DNA of 64,000 bases from Heterodontus francisci. Lineage: Eukaryota. Shown here piece after piece: positions 52,104-64,000 of the stretch; position 1 is the first letter of the stretch; every line of letters starts with the position of its first letter. The notes below the pieces were generated by a model, which searched no databases, had not been told where the DNA came from, and was given only the letters and a program-made list of their open reading frames with translations. Position numbers and translations under genes: made by a program. The stretch covers positions 68,884,088-68,948,087 of the forward strand of contig NC_090376.1 in assembly GCF_036365525.1 (NCBI RefSeq), in the 5' to 3' direction.

Positions 52104-55100
52104 GGACTGCTGGGTAAGTGAACTTATATATTCGGGCAGTGGCTAAACCCGAAACACTACACGTGTAGTGTCTCCCACCCATCCTCCTCCTCTAACCAAA
52201 AAAAAAGGACTCTTGTGTGGAGGGTTTGGTAAGGTAAGGTTTTCCTTTATTTTTTAAAAAATCTCTTTTGTCAATTGAGAGCAGAAGGGATGGAAGCTAG
52301 GGCAGTTGCATGCTCCTCTTGCAGGATGTGGGAGGTAAGGGTCACCACTTGTGTCCCTGCTGACTTCACCTGCGAGAAGTACACCCAACTCCAGCTCCTT
52401 GCAGACTGCGTTAGGGAACTGGAGCTGGAGCTGGAGCTGGATGAACTTCGGATCATTCAGGAGGGTGAGGGGGTGATAGAGAGCATTTATAGGGAAGTAG
52501 TGACACCTAAGTTACAGGATAAAGGTAGCTGGGTGACCGTCAGGGGAGGGAAAGGGAATAGGCGCACAGTGCAGGGATCCCCTGTGGCCGTTCCCCTCAT
52601 TAATAAGTATACCGTTTTGGATACTGTTGGGGGGGGGGGACCTACCAGAGGAAGGCCACAGTGGCCAGGTCTCTGGCACTGAGCCTGGCTCTGTGGCTCA
52701 GAAGGGAAGGGGGGAGAACAGGAGAGCGATAGCGATAGGAGATTCAATGGTTAGAGGAACAGACAGGAGATTCTGTGGTCGCAAACGAGACTCCCGGATG
52801 GTATGTTGCCTCCCGGGTGCCAGGGTCAGGGATGTCTCGGATCGAGTCCACAGGATTCTTAAGGGGGAGGGGGAGCAGCCAAGAAGCCGTGGTACACATC
52901 GGTACCAATGACATAGCTAGGAAAAGGGAAGAGGACCTGAAAAGCGAATATAGGGAGTTAGGTTGGAAGCTAAAAGGCAGGACGAGCAGAGTAGTAATCT
53001 TAGGATTGATACCGGTGCCACATGCTAGTGAGGCTAGAAAGAGAGAGCGAGTGCAGCTGAACACGTGGCTACAGAGCTGGTGTAGGAGGGAGGGCTTCAG
53101 ATATGTGGATCATTGGGATACCTTCTGGGGAAGGTGGGACCTGTACAAGAAGGACGGGTTGCATCTGAACTGGAGGGGCACCAATATCCTGGGCGGGAGG
53201 TTTGCTAGAGCTCTTCGGGAGGGTTTAAACTAGTTTGGCAGGGGGATGGGAACCAGAGCTACGGATCAGTGGATGGGGTAGCTGTTGAACAGGCAGATAC
53301 AGAGTGCAGAGAGTCTGTGAGGAAGGTTAGACAGTTAACAGGGCAAAGTTGCAGCCAGTATGATGGGTTGAAGTGTGTCTATTTTAACGCAAGAAGTGTC
53401 AGAAATAAGGGTGATGAACTTAGAGCATGGATCAGTACTTGGAGCTACGATGTTGTGGCCATTACGGAGACGTGGATATCACAGGGGCAGGAATAGATGT
53501 TGGATGTTCCGGGGTTTAGATGTTTCAAAAGGAATAGGGAGGGAGGTAAAAGAGGTGGGGGAGTGGCATTGCTAATCAGGGATAGTATCACAGCTGCAGA
53601 AAGGGAGGTCGTCGAGGAGGGTTTGTCTACTGAGTCAGTATGGGTGGAAGTCAGAAACAGGAAAGGAGCAGTCACTTTATTGGGAGTTTTCTATAGACCC
53701 CCAAATAGCAACAGAGACACAGAGGAACAGATTGGGAGGCAGATTTTGGAAAGGTGCAGAAGTAACAGGGTTGTTGTCATGGGTGATTTCAACTTCCCTA
53801 ATATTGATTGGAACCTCCTTAGTGCAAATAGTTTGGATGGAGCAGATTTTGTCAGGTGTGTCCAGGAAGGTTTCCTGACTCAATATGCAGATAGGCCGAC
53901 TAGAGGGGAGGCTATGTTGGATTTGGTGCTTGGCAACGAACCAGGCCAGGTGGCAGATCTCTCGGTGGGAGAGCATTTCGGTGATAGTGATCACAACTCC
54001 CTGACCTTTACTATAGTCATGGAGAGAGATAGGAGCAGACGGGATGGGAAAATATTTAATTGGGGGAGGGGGAATTAGAATGCTATTAGGCAGGAACTGG
54101 GGAGCTTAAATTGGGAACAGATGTTCTCAGGGAAATGCACGACAGAAATGTGGAGGTTGTTTAGGGAGCACTTTCTGTGACTGCTGGATAGGTTTGTCCC
54201 GATGAGGCAAGGAAGGGATGGTAGGGTGAAGGAACCTTGGATGACAAGAGATGTGGAATAGCTAGTCAAGAGGAAGAAGGAAGCTTACTTAAGGTTGAGG
54301 AAGCAAGGATCAGACAGGGCTCTAGAGGGTTACAAGGTAGCCAGGAAGGAACTGAAGAATGGACTTAGGAGAGCTAGAAGGGGACATGAAAAAGTCTTGG
54401 CGGGTAGGATTAAGGAAAATCCCAAGGCATTCTACACTTATGTGAGGAACAAAAGGATGGCCAGAGTGAGGGTAGGGCCGATCAGGGATAGTGGAGGGAA
54501 CTTGTGCCTGGAGTCGGAGGAGGTAGGGGAGGTCCTTAATGAATACTTTGCTTCAGTATTCACTAGTGAGAGGGACCTTGTCGTTTGTGAGGACAATGTG
54601 AAACAGGCTGATATGCTCGAACAGGTTGATGTTAAGAAGGAGGATGTGCTGGAAATTTTGAAAGACATGAGGATAGATAAGTCCCCAGGGCCAGACGGGA
54701 TATACCAAAGGATATTACGGGAAGCGAGGGAAGAGATTGCTGCGCCTTTGGCGATGATCTTTGCGTCCTCACTGTCCACTGGAGTAGTACCAGATGATTG
54801 GAGGGTGGCAAATGTTATTCCCTTGTTCAAGAAAGGGAATAGGGATAACCCTGGGAATTACAGACCAGTCAGTCTTACGTCAGTGGTGGGCAAATTATTG
54901 GAGAGGATTCTGAGAGACAGGATTTATGATTATTTGGAAAAACATAGTTTGATTAGAGATAGTCAGCATGGCTTTGTGAGGGGCAGGTCATGCCTCACAA
55001 GCCTTATTGAATTCTTTGAGGAGGTGACAAAACACATTGATGAAGGAAGAACAGTGGATGTGGTGTATATGGATTTTAGCAAGGCGTTTGATAAGGTTCC

Positions 55101-56250
55101 TCATGGTAGGCTCATTCAGAAAGTAAGGAGGCATGGGATACAGGGAAAGTTGGCTGTCTGGATACAGAATTGGCTGGCCCAACGAAGACAGAGGGTGGTA
55201 GTAGATGGAAAGTATTCAGCCTGGATCTCGGTGACCAGTGGTGTTCTGCAGGGATCTGTTCTGGGACCTCTGCTCGTTGTGATTTTTATCAATGACTTGG
55301 ATGAGGAAGTGGAAGGCTGGGTTAGTAAGTTTGCCAATGACACAAAGGTTGCTGGAGTTGTGGGTAGTGTGGAGGGCTGCTGTAGGTTGCAACAGGACAT
55401 TGACAGGATGCAGAGCTGGGCTGAGAAGTGGCAGATGGAGTTCAACCTGGAAAAGTGTGAAGTGATTCATTTTGGAAGGTCAAATTTGAATGCAGAATAC
55501 AGGCTTAAAGACAGGATTCTTGGCAGTGTGGAGGAACAGAGGGATCATGGGGTCCACGTCCATAGATCCCTCAAAGTTGCCACCCAAGTTGATAGGGTTG
55601 TTAAGAAGGCGTATGGTGTGTTGGCTTTCATTAACAGGGGGATTGAGTTTAAGAGCCGCGAGGTTATGCTGCAGCTCTATAAAGCCCTGGTTAGACCACA
55701 CTTGGAATATTGTGTTCAGTTCTGGTTGCCTCATTATAGGAAGGATGTGGAAGCTTTAGAGAGGGTGCAGAGGAGATTTACCAGGATGCTGCCTGGACTG
55801 GAGGGCATGTCTTATGAAGAAAGGTTGAGGGAGCTAGGGCTTTTCTCATTGAAGCGAAGAAGGATGAGAGGTGACTTGATAGAGGGGTACAAGATGATGA
55901 GAGGCATAGATAGAGTGGATAGCCAGAGACTTTTTCCCAGGGCGGAAAGGGCTATCACCAGGGGGCATAATTTTAAGGTGATTGGAGGAAGGTTTAGGGG
56001 AGATGTCAGAGGTAGGTTCTTTACACAGAGAGTGGTGGGTGCGTGGAATCCACTGCCAGCGGTGGTAGTAGAAGCAGATACATTAGGGATATTTAAGCGA
56101 CTCTTGGATAGGTACATGGATGATAGTAGAATGAAGGGTATGTAGGTAGTTTGATCTTAGAGTAGGTTAAAGGGTCAGCACAACATCGTGGGCCGAAGGG
56201 CCTGTACTGTGCTGTACTGTTCTATGTTCTGTGTTCTATGTTCTATGTTC
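52104..56250 (+). mobile_element. Near-full-length CR1 LINE (ORF1 zinc-finger/SGNH esterase; ORF2 APE+RT), inactivated
   Basis: ORF1 has CSSC..C, GDSMVRG, HIGTND and DGLHLN. ORF2 has YFNARS, AITETW, YRPP, MGDFN, SDH and a 616-aa RT ORF with FANDT instead of FADD. Ends in a TTCTATG repeat tail. Contains a few stops and frameshifts. Confidence 0.95.
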
Positions 56251-56254
56251 ATCA

Positions 56255-56830
56255 ACCCTCTATCTCTGTTACTTGATCAAAAAACTTAATCAAGTTAGTT
56301 AAATACAATTTGCCTTTAACAAATCCATGCTGGGTTTCCTTAATTAATCCACACTTGTCTAAGTGACTGTTAATTTTGTCCCGGATTATTGTTTCTAAAA
56401 GCTTTCCCACCACTAAGGATAAACTGACTGTTTTTTGAACAAGGGAGTAACATTTGCAATTCTGCAGTCCTCTGGCATCATCCCTGTATCTAAGGAGGAT
56501 TGGAAGATTATGGCCAGTGCCTCTGCAATTTCAACCCTTATTTCCTTCAGCATCTTTGGATGCATCCCATTCAGTCCTGGTGATTGATCAACTTTAAGTA
56601 CAGCCAGTCTTTCTAATATCCAGTCTTTATCAATTTTTAGTCCATCCAGTATCTTAACTACCTCCTCTTTCACTATGACTTTGGCAGCATCTTCTTCCTT
56701 GATGAAGACAGATGCAAAGTACTCATTTAATACCTTAGCCATGCCCTCTGCGTCCATGCGTAGATCCCCTTTCTTTCCTAATTGGCTCCACCCCTCCTTT
56801 TAACACCCCTCCTCTTACTACCTTTTTACT
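56255..56830 (-). mobile_element. CR1 ORF2 fragment
   Basis: VLNEYFASVF..SPGLNGMHP..IANVTPLFKK. Confidence 0.85.
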
Positions 56831-57539
56831 ATTTATGTGCCTATAGAAGACTTTTGATTCCCTTTTATGAAAACAGGAAGGAATTTCTGCATCCAAATAT
56901 TATTTCAGTCCACTGCACATTGACAAACACATGCACTAATTTATGTTATGGGGCATTATCAACAGTATAGCTTATGAAGCTTTTTTAATTATGAACAAAT
57001 GAGGTAATTCACATTGAAAAATGTAACTGTGCCACATATCAGCAGATTGCTTGTGCATCATCACAATTCATTTATCACAGTGGTGTGTGCTGTCTTTCAA
57101 CAAATGGCAGCATTGTCCCTTTAAATAGTACAGACCATACTAACTTCATTTTAATGACCACTTTTGTACTGAACACAGGAAAAAGGCAAGAGTCTCTTCT
57201 CACAAATTAAGGCTTTAACAAAAAAAATTGAGGTGAAAAGTGTATTTTTTAAAGTTCATTTTGCTCTATGAAAGTCTATTCTTAACAATTCATATGTGTG
57301 TGGTATGACAGGACCAGAATTAAGGAGGATAGGCTAATATGTTAGGTAATCGGAAATTCAACTAGCACAGGTCAACGTTAGATTCTGGTGCAAGACATAG
57401 TGGCAAATAGGACATCCCCAAGACAGAATTTGGGCCTTTATTTCCAGCAGTTACAGATGAGATTCAAATATGTACAAGAGCTTTTTAAAATGCTCCTGGA
57501 ACATTTTTAGTAAAGCCTGTAATCTATGTTGGCGGACAA

Positions 57540-59280
57540 CAGGGGCCTGGACAACATCCAGACTTCCACTGAAAAGTGAAAAATAATATTCCCACCACTT
57601 AAGTGCAGGACAATGACCACCTGCAACAAGAAAAATCTCAACTACCTATCCTTGTCCTTGAACCTCACAAACTGTATCACCTCCCATTTGTACCTTGGGG
57701 GTCACCATCGACAAGAAACCTATCTGGACCAGTGATGCCAACTCCATGGCTACATGAGGACAAGGGCGGGATATTGTACGATGAGTGGCTCCCTTCTGAC
57801 CTCTTAAGGCCTCTACACTATCTATAGGTTTCATATCAGGACAGTGATGAAATACTCAGCACTCACTGGAAGGATGTAGCTGCAGCAATACTAAAGAAGC
57901 TTGGAACTCTCCAGGACAGAGTCATTTTTTTTATTGGCATCCCATCCACCACCCTTAGCATTCACTCCATCCACCACTGGCACACCGTGGCTGCAATGTG
58001 TAGCATCTACAAGGTGCACAGCTTTCTTCGACAGCACCTTCCAAACCTGCAACCTCTACCACCTAACGAACAAGGACTCAATATCCACCCCTCCCCAACT
58101 GGTGCTGTGGGGCTGCAGTATGTATGATTTACAGGATTCACTGAAGCAACTCACTAATGTTACTTTGGCAGTATCTCCCTCTACTACTAAGAAGAACAAA
58201 TGCAGCATCTTCATGACAGCACCATCATTTGCAAGTATTCTGGCTGGGGGACCTCAACATTCATCACCGAGAATGGCTCCATATCACCCTTTCTGATGGA
58301 ACTAGCTGAGTACTGAGGACTTGGCTGCCAGATTGGGCCTTAGGCAGGTGGTGGGAGAACCAACACTAGGGAGAAATCTAGTTGACTTCATCCTCACCAA
58401 TCTACACCATTGGTAAGAGTGACCACTGCACAGTCCTTGTGGAGATGAAGTCCTGTCTTCACACTGAGGACACCCTCCATCGTGTTGTGTGGGATTGATT
58501 TGAAACAGACCTAGAAGCAGAAAACTAGACATCCATGAGGTATTGTGGGATATCAGCAGCAGCAGAATAGTATTCAATCACAATCTGTAACCTGATGACC
58601 CAGCACATGCCTTACTCTACCATCACCATCAAGCCGTCAACGATGACCAGAAACTTAACTGGACTAGCATATAAATACTGTGGCTACAAGAGCAGGTCAG
58701 AGACTGGGAATTCTGCGATGAGTAACTCACCTCCTAATTCCCCAAAGCCTTTCCACCATTTGCAAGGCACAAGTCAGGAGTTTGAAGGAATACTCTCCAC
58801 TTGTCTGGATTAGTTTGGCTCCAACAACACTAAAGAAGCTCAACACCATCCAGGACAAAGCAGCCCGCTTGATTGGCACATCTTCCACCCCCTGAACATT
58901 CACTCCATCCACCACTGGCACACCGTGGCTGCAGTGTGTATCATCTACAGCTCACCTGGGCTTCTTCCACAGCACCTTCCAAACCCGCAACCTCTTCCAC
59001 CTAGAAGAACAAGGGCAGCAGACGCATGGGAACACCACCACCTACAAGTTCCCCTCCAAGACACACACCATCCTGACTTGGAACTGTATCACCATCCCTT
59101 CATCAATGTTGGATCAAAATCCTGGAACAGCCTTCCCAACAGCACTGTGGGAGTTCCTACACCACACGGACTGCAGCAGCTCAAGAAGGCGGCTCACCAC
59201 CACTTTCTCAAGGGAAATTAGTGATGGGCAATAAATGTTGGCTTTGCCATTGATGGTCACATCCCATGAACGAATGAGAA
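57540..59280 (+). mobile_element. Cluster of jockey/CR1-group LINE fragments
   Basis: At least two decayed copies homologous to 15.9-16.68 kb. The 3' tail lies at about 59210-59275. Confidence 0.75.
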
Positions 59281-59589
59281 AGATTCCCCTCCAAGTCGTG
59301 CACCAACCTGACTTGGACATATTTTTTAAAAAAGTGATACATGCACTGGCCTCTAAAGGGAGATACACCTGTTTCCTGGGTATGCTCATTTGCATATTTA
59401 TTGGTGCAGACATTGGTATAAAACTGGCGCAGACAGTTGAACCAGTAGGAAACTTAGGTGAAGCTTTTTAAATACACTGTTCAGCCTGCGCCGTTCAGCA
59501 GTACACTAGGGGACAAGAAGGTAAGGCATAAATACCAAGTGACTGTTCATCTCTCTCTCTAATTACTTCACAGCATTTTTACCAATATT

Positions 59590-62500
59590 TTTATTCTGCA
59601 CCACAAAGATGTGGTGGAGTTCTGTAAAACTTGCCACATGTGCCAGGTTGTGGGGGAAGCCCCAACCTGCAATAAAATCTGCCTCCGAATTCCCATACCA
59701 GCTTTTGGGGAACTTTTCAGCCGACTGCTGGTGGACTGTGTGGGACCCCTACCGAAAACAAGAGGGGGCTACCAGTACCTCCTCACCATCATGGATGTCG
59801 CTACCCAATTCCCAGAGACCATTCCCCTATGAACTATCTCTGCAAAGGTGGTGGTGGATGGGTTAACCCAATTCTTCACTCGATACGGCCTGCCACTCGA
59901 AATCCAGACAAATCAGGACGCAAATTCCATGTCTGGGATCTTTCAAAAAGCCATGGGCAACTTGGGCATAATCCAACATAAGTCCTCAGTCTACCACTGC
60001 CCAGTCCCAAGAGGCTTTAGAACGGTACCACCAGACCCTAAAGGCAATGATCAGGGCATACTGCTATGAGTACCCCAATGACTGGGACAAAGGGCTGGGA
60101 CTCCACCCCTCCTGTTGCCACCAGGCACTCGCCCAATGAGTCTACCAGCTTTAGTCCCTTTTAATTAGTTTATGGACACGAGGTGAGAGGTCCCCTTAAA
60201 CTAATCAAAGAGAAATTTTGGGGGCACAGGAATGAGTGTCCCATGTTAGACTACATTTCCATGTTCCGGGAGCAGCTCCGAGAGCCTGAGCAGTGGCTCT
60301 GGAGCACCTAAAGACCTCCCAGACAGGTATGAAAAGGCAAACAGATAAACATGCCAAAGCCAGAACATTTCGGCTTGGGACCATGTATTAGTATTGCTCC
60401 CAATTCAGGGTGAACGCCTGAAAGCCCGGTTCAGTGGCCCAAACCGAGTGACAAAAAGAATTAGCCAGGTAAATTATTTGATTGACACCCCAGACCAAAG
60501 GAAAAAACAAAGGCTGTGCCACGTTAACATGTTAACAGCCAGGAAGGGGGGCAGACAGTCAGGGAGGAAGGGGGCGAACAGGACAATGGGGATGAGCTAG
60601 AGGAAGGCCTGGGGGACCCCCAAATTGAACCCCTTCCTGCCCGGTTAGCCAACACCAAAGTGTAAAATAACCTAGACACCACGCTCTTCTATTTAAATGT
60701 AGAACAAAGAGAAGCCCTGGCAAGGCTGCTCACTGCATAGAAAGAAGTTTTCAAGGACATGCCAGGGTGTATGACCTTAATCCTACGTGATGTGGAGGTG
60801 GGAGAGAGCCATCCCATTAAACAGAACCATAATCACTTAGGTCCCTAGAAACTGGCCCAGGTTCGGGAGGAAATCCAATGCATGCTAGATCACAACTTGA
60901 TTGAGCCCAGCCAGAGCAGCTGGAGTTCCCCAGTGGTGCTAGTGCCCAAGCCCGATGGAAGGTCAATGCAGTGACCAGAGCTGATTCATAGCCCATTCCC
61001 GGACTGGAGAACTGTATTGATAGGGTAGGGAATGACACCTACATAACAAAAGTAGATCTACTAAAGGGATATTGGCAGGTTTCCTTAACACCCCAAGCCA
61101 AGGAGATATAAGCATTTGTCACCCCAGATGTCCTATTCCAGTGCCAAGTGATGCCCCTTGGTTTAAAGAATACCCAGCCACCTTCAAAAGGCTGATGAAT
61201 CAGGTGGTGGCTGGCCTACCCAACTGTGTGGTATATCTAGATGATTTTCTGGTATACAGTGGGGGGACCACTTAACCCAATTAGACGCCCTCTTCCAACA
61301 GTTACAGGCAGCCCACCTGGCAGTAGATCTCGCAAAAAGCGAGTTTGTTAAAGCCCAAGTGACCTACCTTGGGCATATTGTAGGTCATGGCCAAGTGCTG
61401 CCCAGGGCAGCAAAAGTACAAGCACTGGTGGATTTTCCCATCCCCACCTTGAATAGGGAAATTATGCATTTTCTGGGGATGTGCGGGTTTTACCGCAAGT
61501 CTGTTTCAAATTTCACCATTATAGCTGCCACACTAACCAACTTACTGCAAAAAAGGGCCAAGGTGATGTGATCGGAAAAGTGCCAAATAGCTTTCGAGAG
61601 ACTAAAGACCATATTGACAAACGAACCGGTCCTGGCAGCTCCCAACCTTAATATACCCTTTCAAGTGGCAGTTGATGTCAGTGGCCGAGGGGTAGGTGCT
61701 GTCCTGCTCCAAGATGATGAGACAGGCTTTGAGAGACTGGTAGGGTACTTCTCCAAAAAGTTAAATATGCACCAAAAAAGATACTCCACCATGGAAAAGG
61801 AGACGCTGGGGATGTTGTTGGCTCTCCGGCACTTCAACATCTATGTACAAAATGGATTTAGGAAAACTGTGGTTGATACTGACCATAACCCCCTAACCTT
61901 TGTGGAGAAATTCAAGACTCAAAATGCCTGGCTGTTTTGATGGAGCCTGCTCTTACAACCCTACCACATCTGACCCGGCCCGAGTCCTTTCATTTTTCCT
62001 GCACCCGACCCGACCACCAGAATGTTCAGTTAACCTGAGCTTCCGTTTTTCACTTCTTAAGCTTGTGCAGATAAGCAACAAAAACTGGCTTGAAAGGTTG
62101 TTTAAAAATTACCCACATTGCAGGGAAAAGCAACATAATCGCTGATGCCTTGTCCAGGGTCTAACCTAACACAACCCTCCGAGACAAACTTCAAGGCAGA
62201 AGGGCCATTTCAATCAGCACTGCTGCAGCAGAGAAAAAGGCAAGCTGCAACAATTGTAAGGTTTCTGAGTGGATGAGAGTGAATGAAAAAAATGCATGTG
62301 TGTTTTCCTGTGTTTTTTTCTTTTTAACTCCTATAATGAAATGCTCCCAGTGTTGCATTTCATTTGGTGTGGTATGGAGGGGTGACGGAAATACCACATA
62401 CCAAATGGAAATATTAATATCATTGTGTGGAACTTTGCTTGAGACTTGTACTGGACATTGTTGCAAATAATTTTTAAAAACAGAACAGCTAGGAACCAAG

Positions 62501-63628
62501 ATGGCCACACACAATTTGCATATGAAAAAACCAAAGAATCAGGCTGGAGACAGATGTGATTGCTCAGCCTAGCCAGAACAACGGGGTGCTGTCTGATTCA
62601 CTTATCTGGGATAACCTTATCAATGGGGGTTGTCAAAAGCCATCGAAACACATTGACTTTGAAAGAGCCAACCCCACTCCCCCTACCAAGTATGTCTGAA
62701 CAGCTAGGGGGAGAGCCTTGAATTTCAAAGATCATTCCGGAAGATGCTAATTCAAACACAAAGAGGTGGTCACCTCACATGACTGCTTGGGCCACTCTGG
62801 GGATTGTTCGGGTCTGAAGTTCTGTTAATGGATGATAAATATCTGGTAGTTCAAGATAATAGGGTGAACAGGTGTTGAGTGTTAACTAGTTAATTGTATT
62901 CAAATGTGTATATATAAAGAAGCGCCAGACAATACTGGCTGTGTGTGTTGTTAGGAATACAGCTGTAAGCAAACAATAGCCACCAAAGCATCCTAGTCTC
63001 ATCTTCACAAATAAGCTTGGAAGATTCTTGAAAAGGGATTTGTGAGTGGTGACTCAGAAGACAGACTGTAACTGAGATCCAGCAAGAGAACAGCATCTTT
63101 CTCTGTCTCCCTCTCTCCAGTGAAGTCCCAGAGAAGCCTTGGCTGCAACTACTTTGCCTCAAGTCTGCAGATCTTTACAAGCAGCAACTAAAAGGACATG
63201 AATAAAGCCCCTCTTCTACCTTCTGGAACCAGAGAAGCAAGCCCAAATTGTGCATATGGCCCAGCGAGGACTTCAGGAATACAATTTCAACTACAGACAC
63301 TGAAACTCAGTATTTTAATTCCATTTATTGCGGACTCTACTCCAACCTCCCAACTCTGTTTTTTCCTCTGTAATCTATTTGTGTGGATGTGTTGCATATT
63401 TTAGTAATTTTAATTGGTTTAGAGTGATGAGGTTAATGAATTTACAGCTTTCTTGCTTAAACTCAAGAAAACTTGTCTGGTTCATTTGCAATTATATTCG
63501 AGGAACAGGAGCAAGTACTCAGAGGTGGTAAGCTTAAATCAAATGTTAAAAGGATAAACCCTATTGCGGTCAAACCAGAGCAGGGATGGAAGGGGAGCCT
63601 GGGACCCCTTCCTCACCTGATCATAACA
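59590..63628 (+). mobile_element. Gmr1-type Ty3/Gypsy element, 5'-truncated, with 3' LTR
   Basis: Integrase (CKTCHMCQ, VDCVGPLP, LTIMD) precedes RT ([16 protein letters not shown]) and RNase H (VDVSG..VGAVLLQ, YFSKKL, TDHNPL). A purine tract at about 62375-62382 is followed by an LTR from about 62383 to TCATAACA (63628). Confidence 0.88.
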
Positions 63629-63789
63629 ATTGTATTTAACTAACTATTGTATATGGGTCATTATCATCCTGTTTTTGCCAATATCGCTCAGTCCTATTAC
63701 ACCACACTCTTGCATTCAAGAGGAACTTGCAGTGCTGACTTCTGGAGATTCCTTGGATTTTCTTGTCTGTTTTCCCCTCAGTACTAAAG

Positions 63790-64000
63790 GCTGAATGGGT
63801 CTTCAAATGAAACCCGACCCAAGCCTGACAGAACCACATCTGACCCGGCCCAAGTCCTTTCACTTTTCCTGCACCTGACCCGACCAGTTAACCCCGAGCT
63901 TCCATTTTTCAATTCTTTAAGCTTGTGCAGATATGCAACAAAAACAGTAACTGGGCTTGAAAGGTTGTTTAAAAAGTACATTAAGATTGGAGCCACATAC
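63790..64000. repeat. Repeat with CCCGACC-type subterminal motifs (possible hAT-like MITE end)
   Basis: Repeated ACCCGACCC/GACCCGGCCC motifs. A related copy lies at 61963-62108. The family assignment is a guess. Confidence 0.4.

Overview
Vertebrate genomic DNA, very probably from a cartilaginous fish (inferred from the HE1/V-SINE-like, Deu-domain SINE, CR1, L2, RTE and Penelope-type repeat mix). The only host gene I can support is MAP4K4 on the minus strand: coding exon 1 (30624-30680, MANDSPAKSLVEIDLSSLR) and exon 2 (30228-30293, [22 protein letters not shown]), behind a CpG-island promoter at about 30.85-31.35 kb. Everything left of 30227 appears to be intron 2, and everything right of the promoter is intergenic. 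Nearly all long ORFs are transposon-derived: a near-full-length CR1, a decayed GalEa-type Copia with both LTRs and a tRNA-iMet PBS, a Gmr1-type Gypsy, solo LTRs, a PIF/Harbinger transposon with MITEs, RTE, L2 and jockey-like LINEs, and SINEs. The most unusual signals concern retrotransposition and repair: (1) two near-identical ~445-bp RTE 3' fragments share the same 5' boundary, and one sits inside a perfect 325-bp duplication about 2 kb upstream of the MAP4K4 ATG; (2) a 5'-inverted (twin-priming-like) RTE; (3) a 27-bp inversion at a solo-LTR terminus; (4) a microhomology-flanked templated insertion; (5) a degenerate hammerhead ribozyme; (6) a short uORF plus an overlapping uORF upstream of the MAP4K4 ATG. 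I found no clearly new biological system. Family names come from motif recognition by eye, not database searches.
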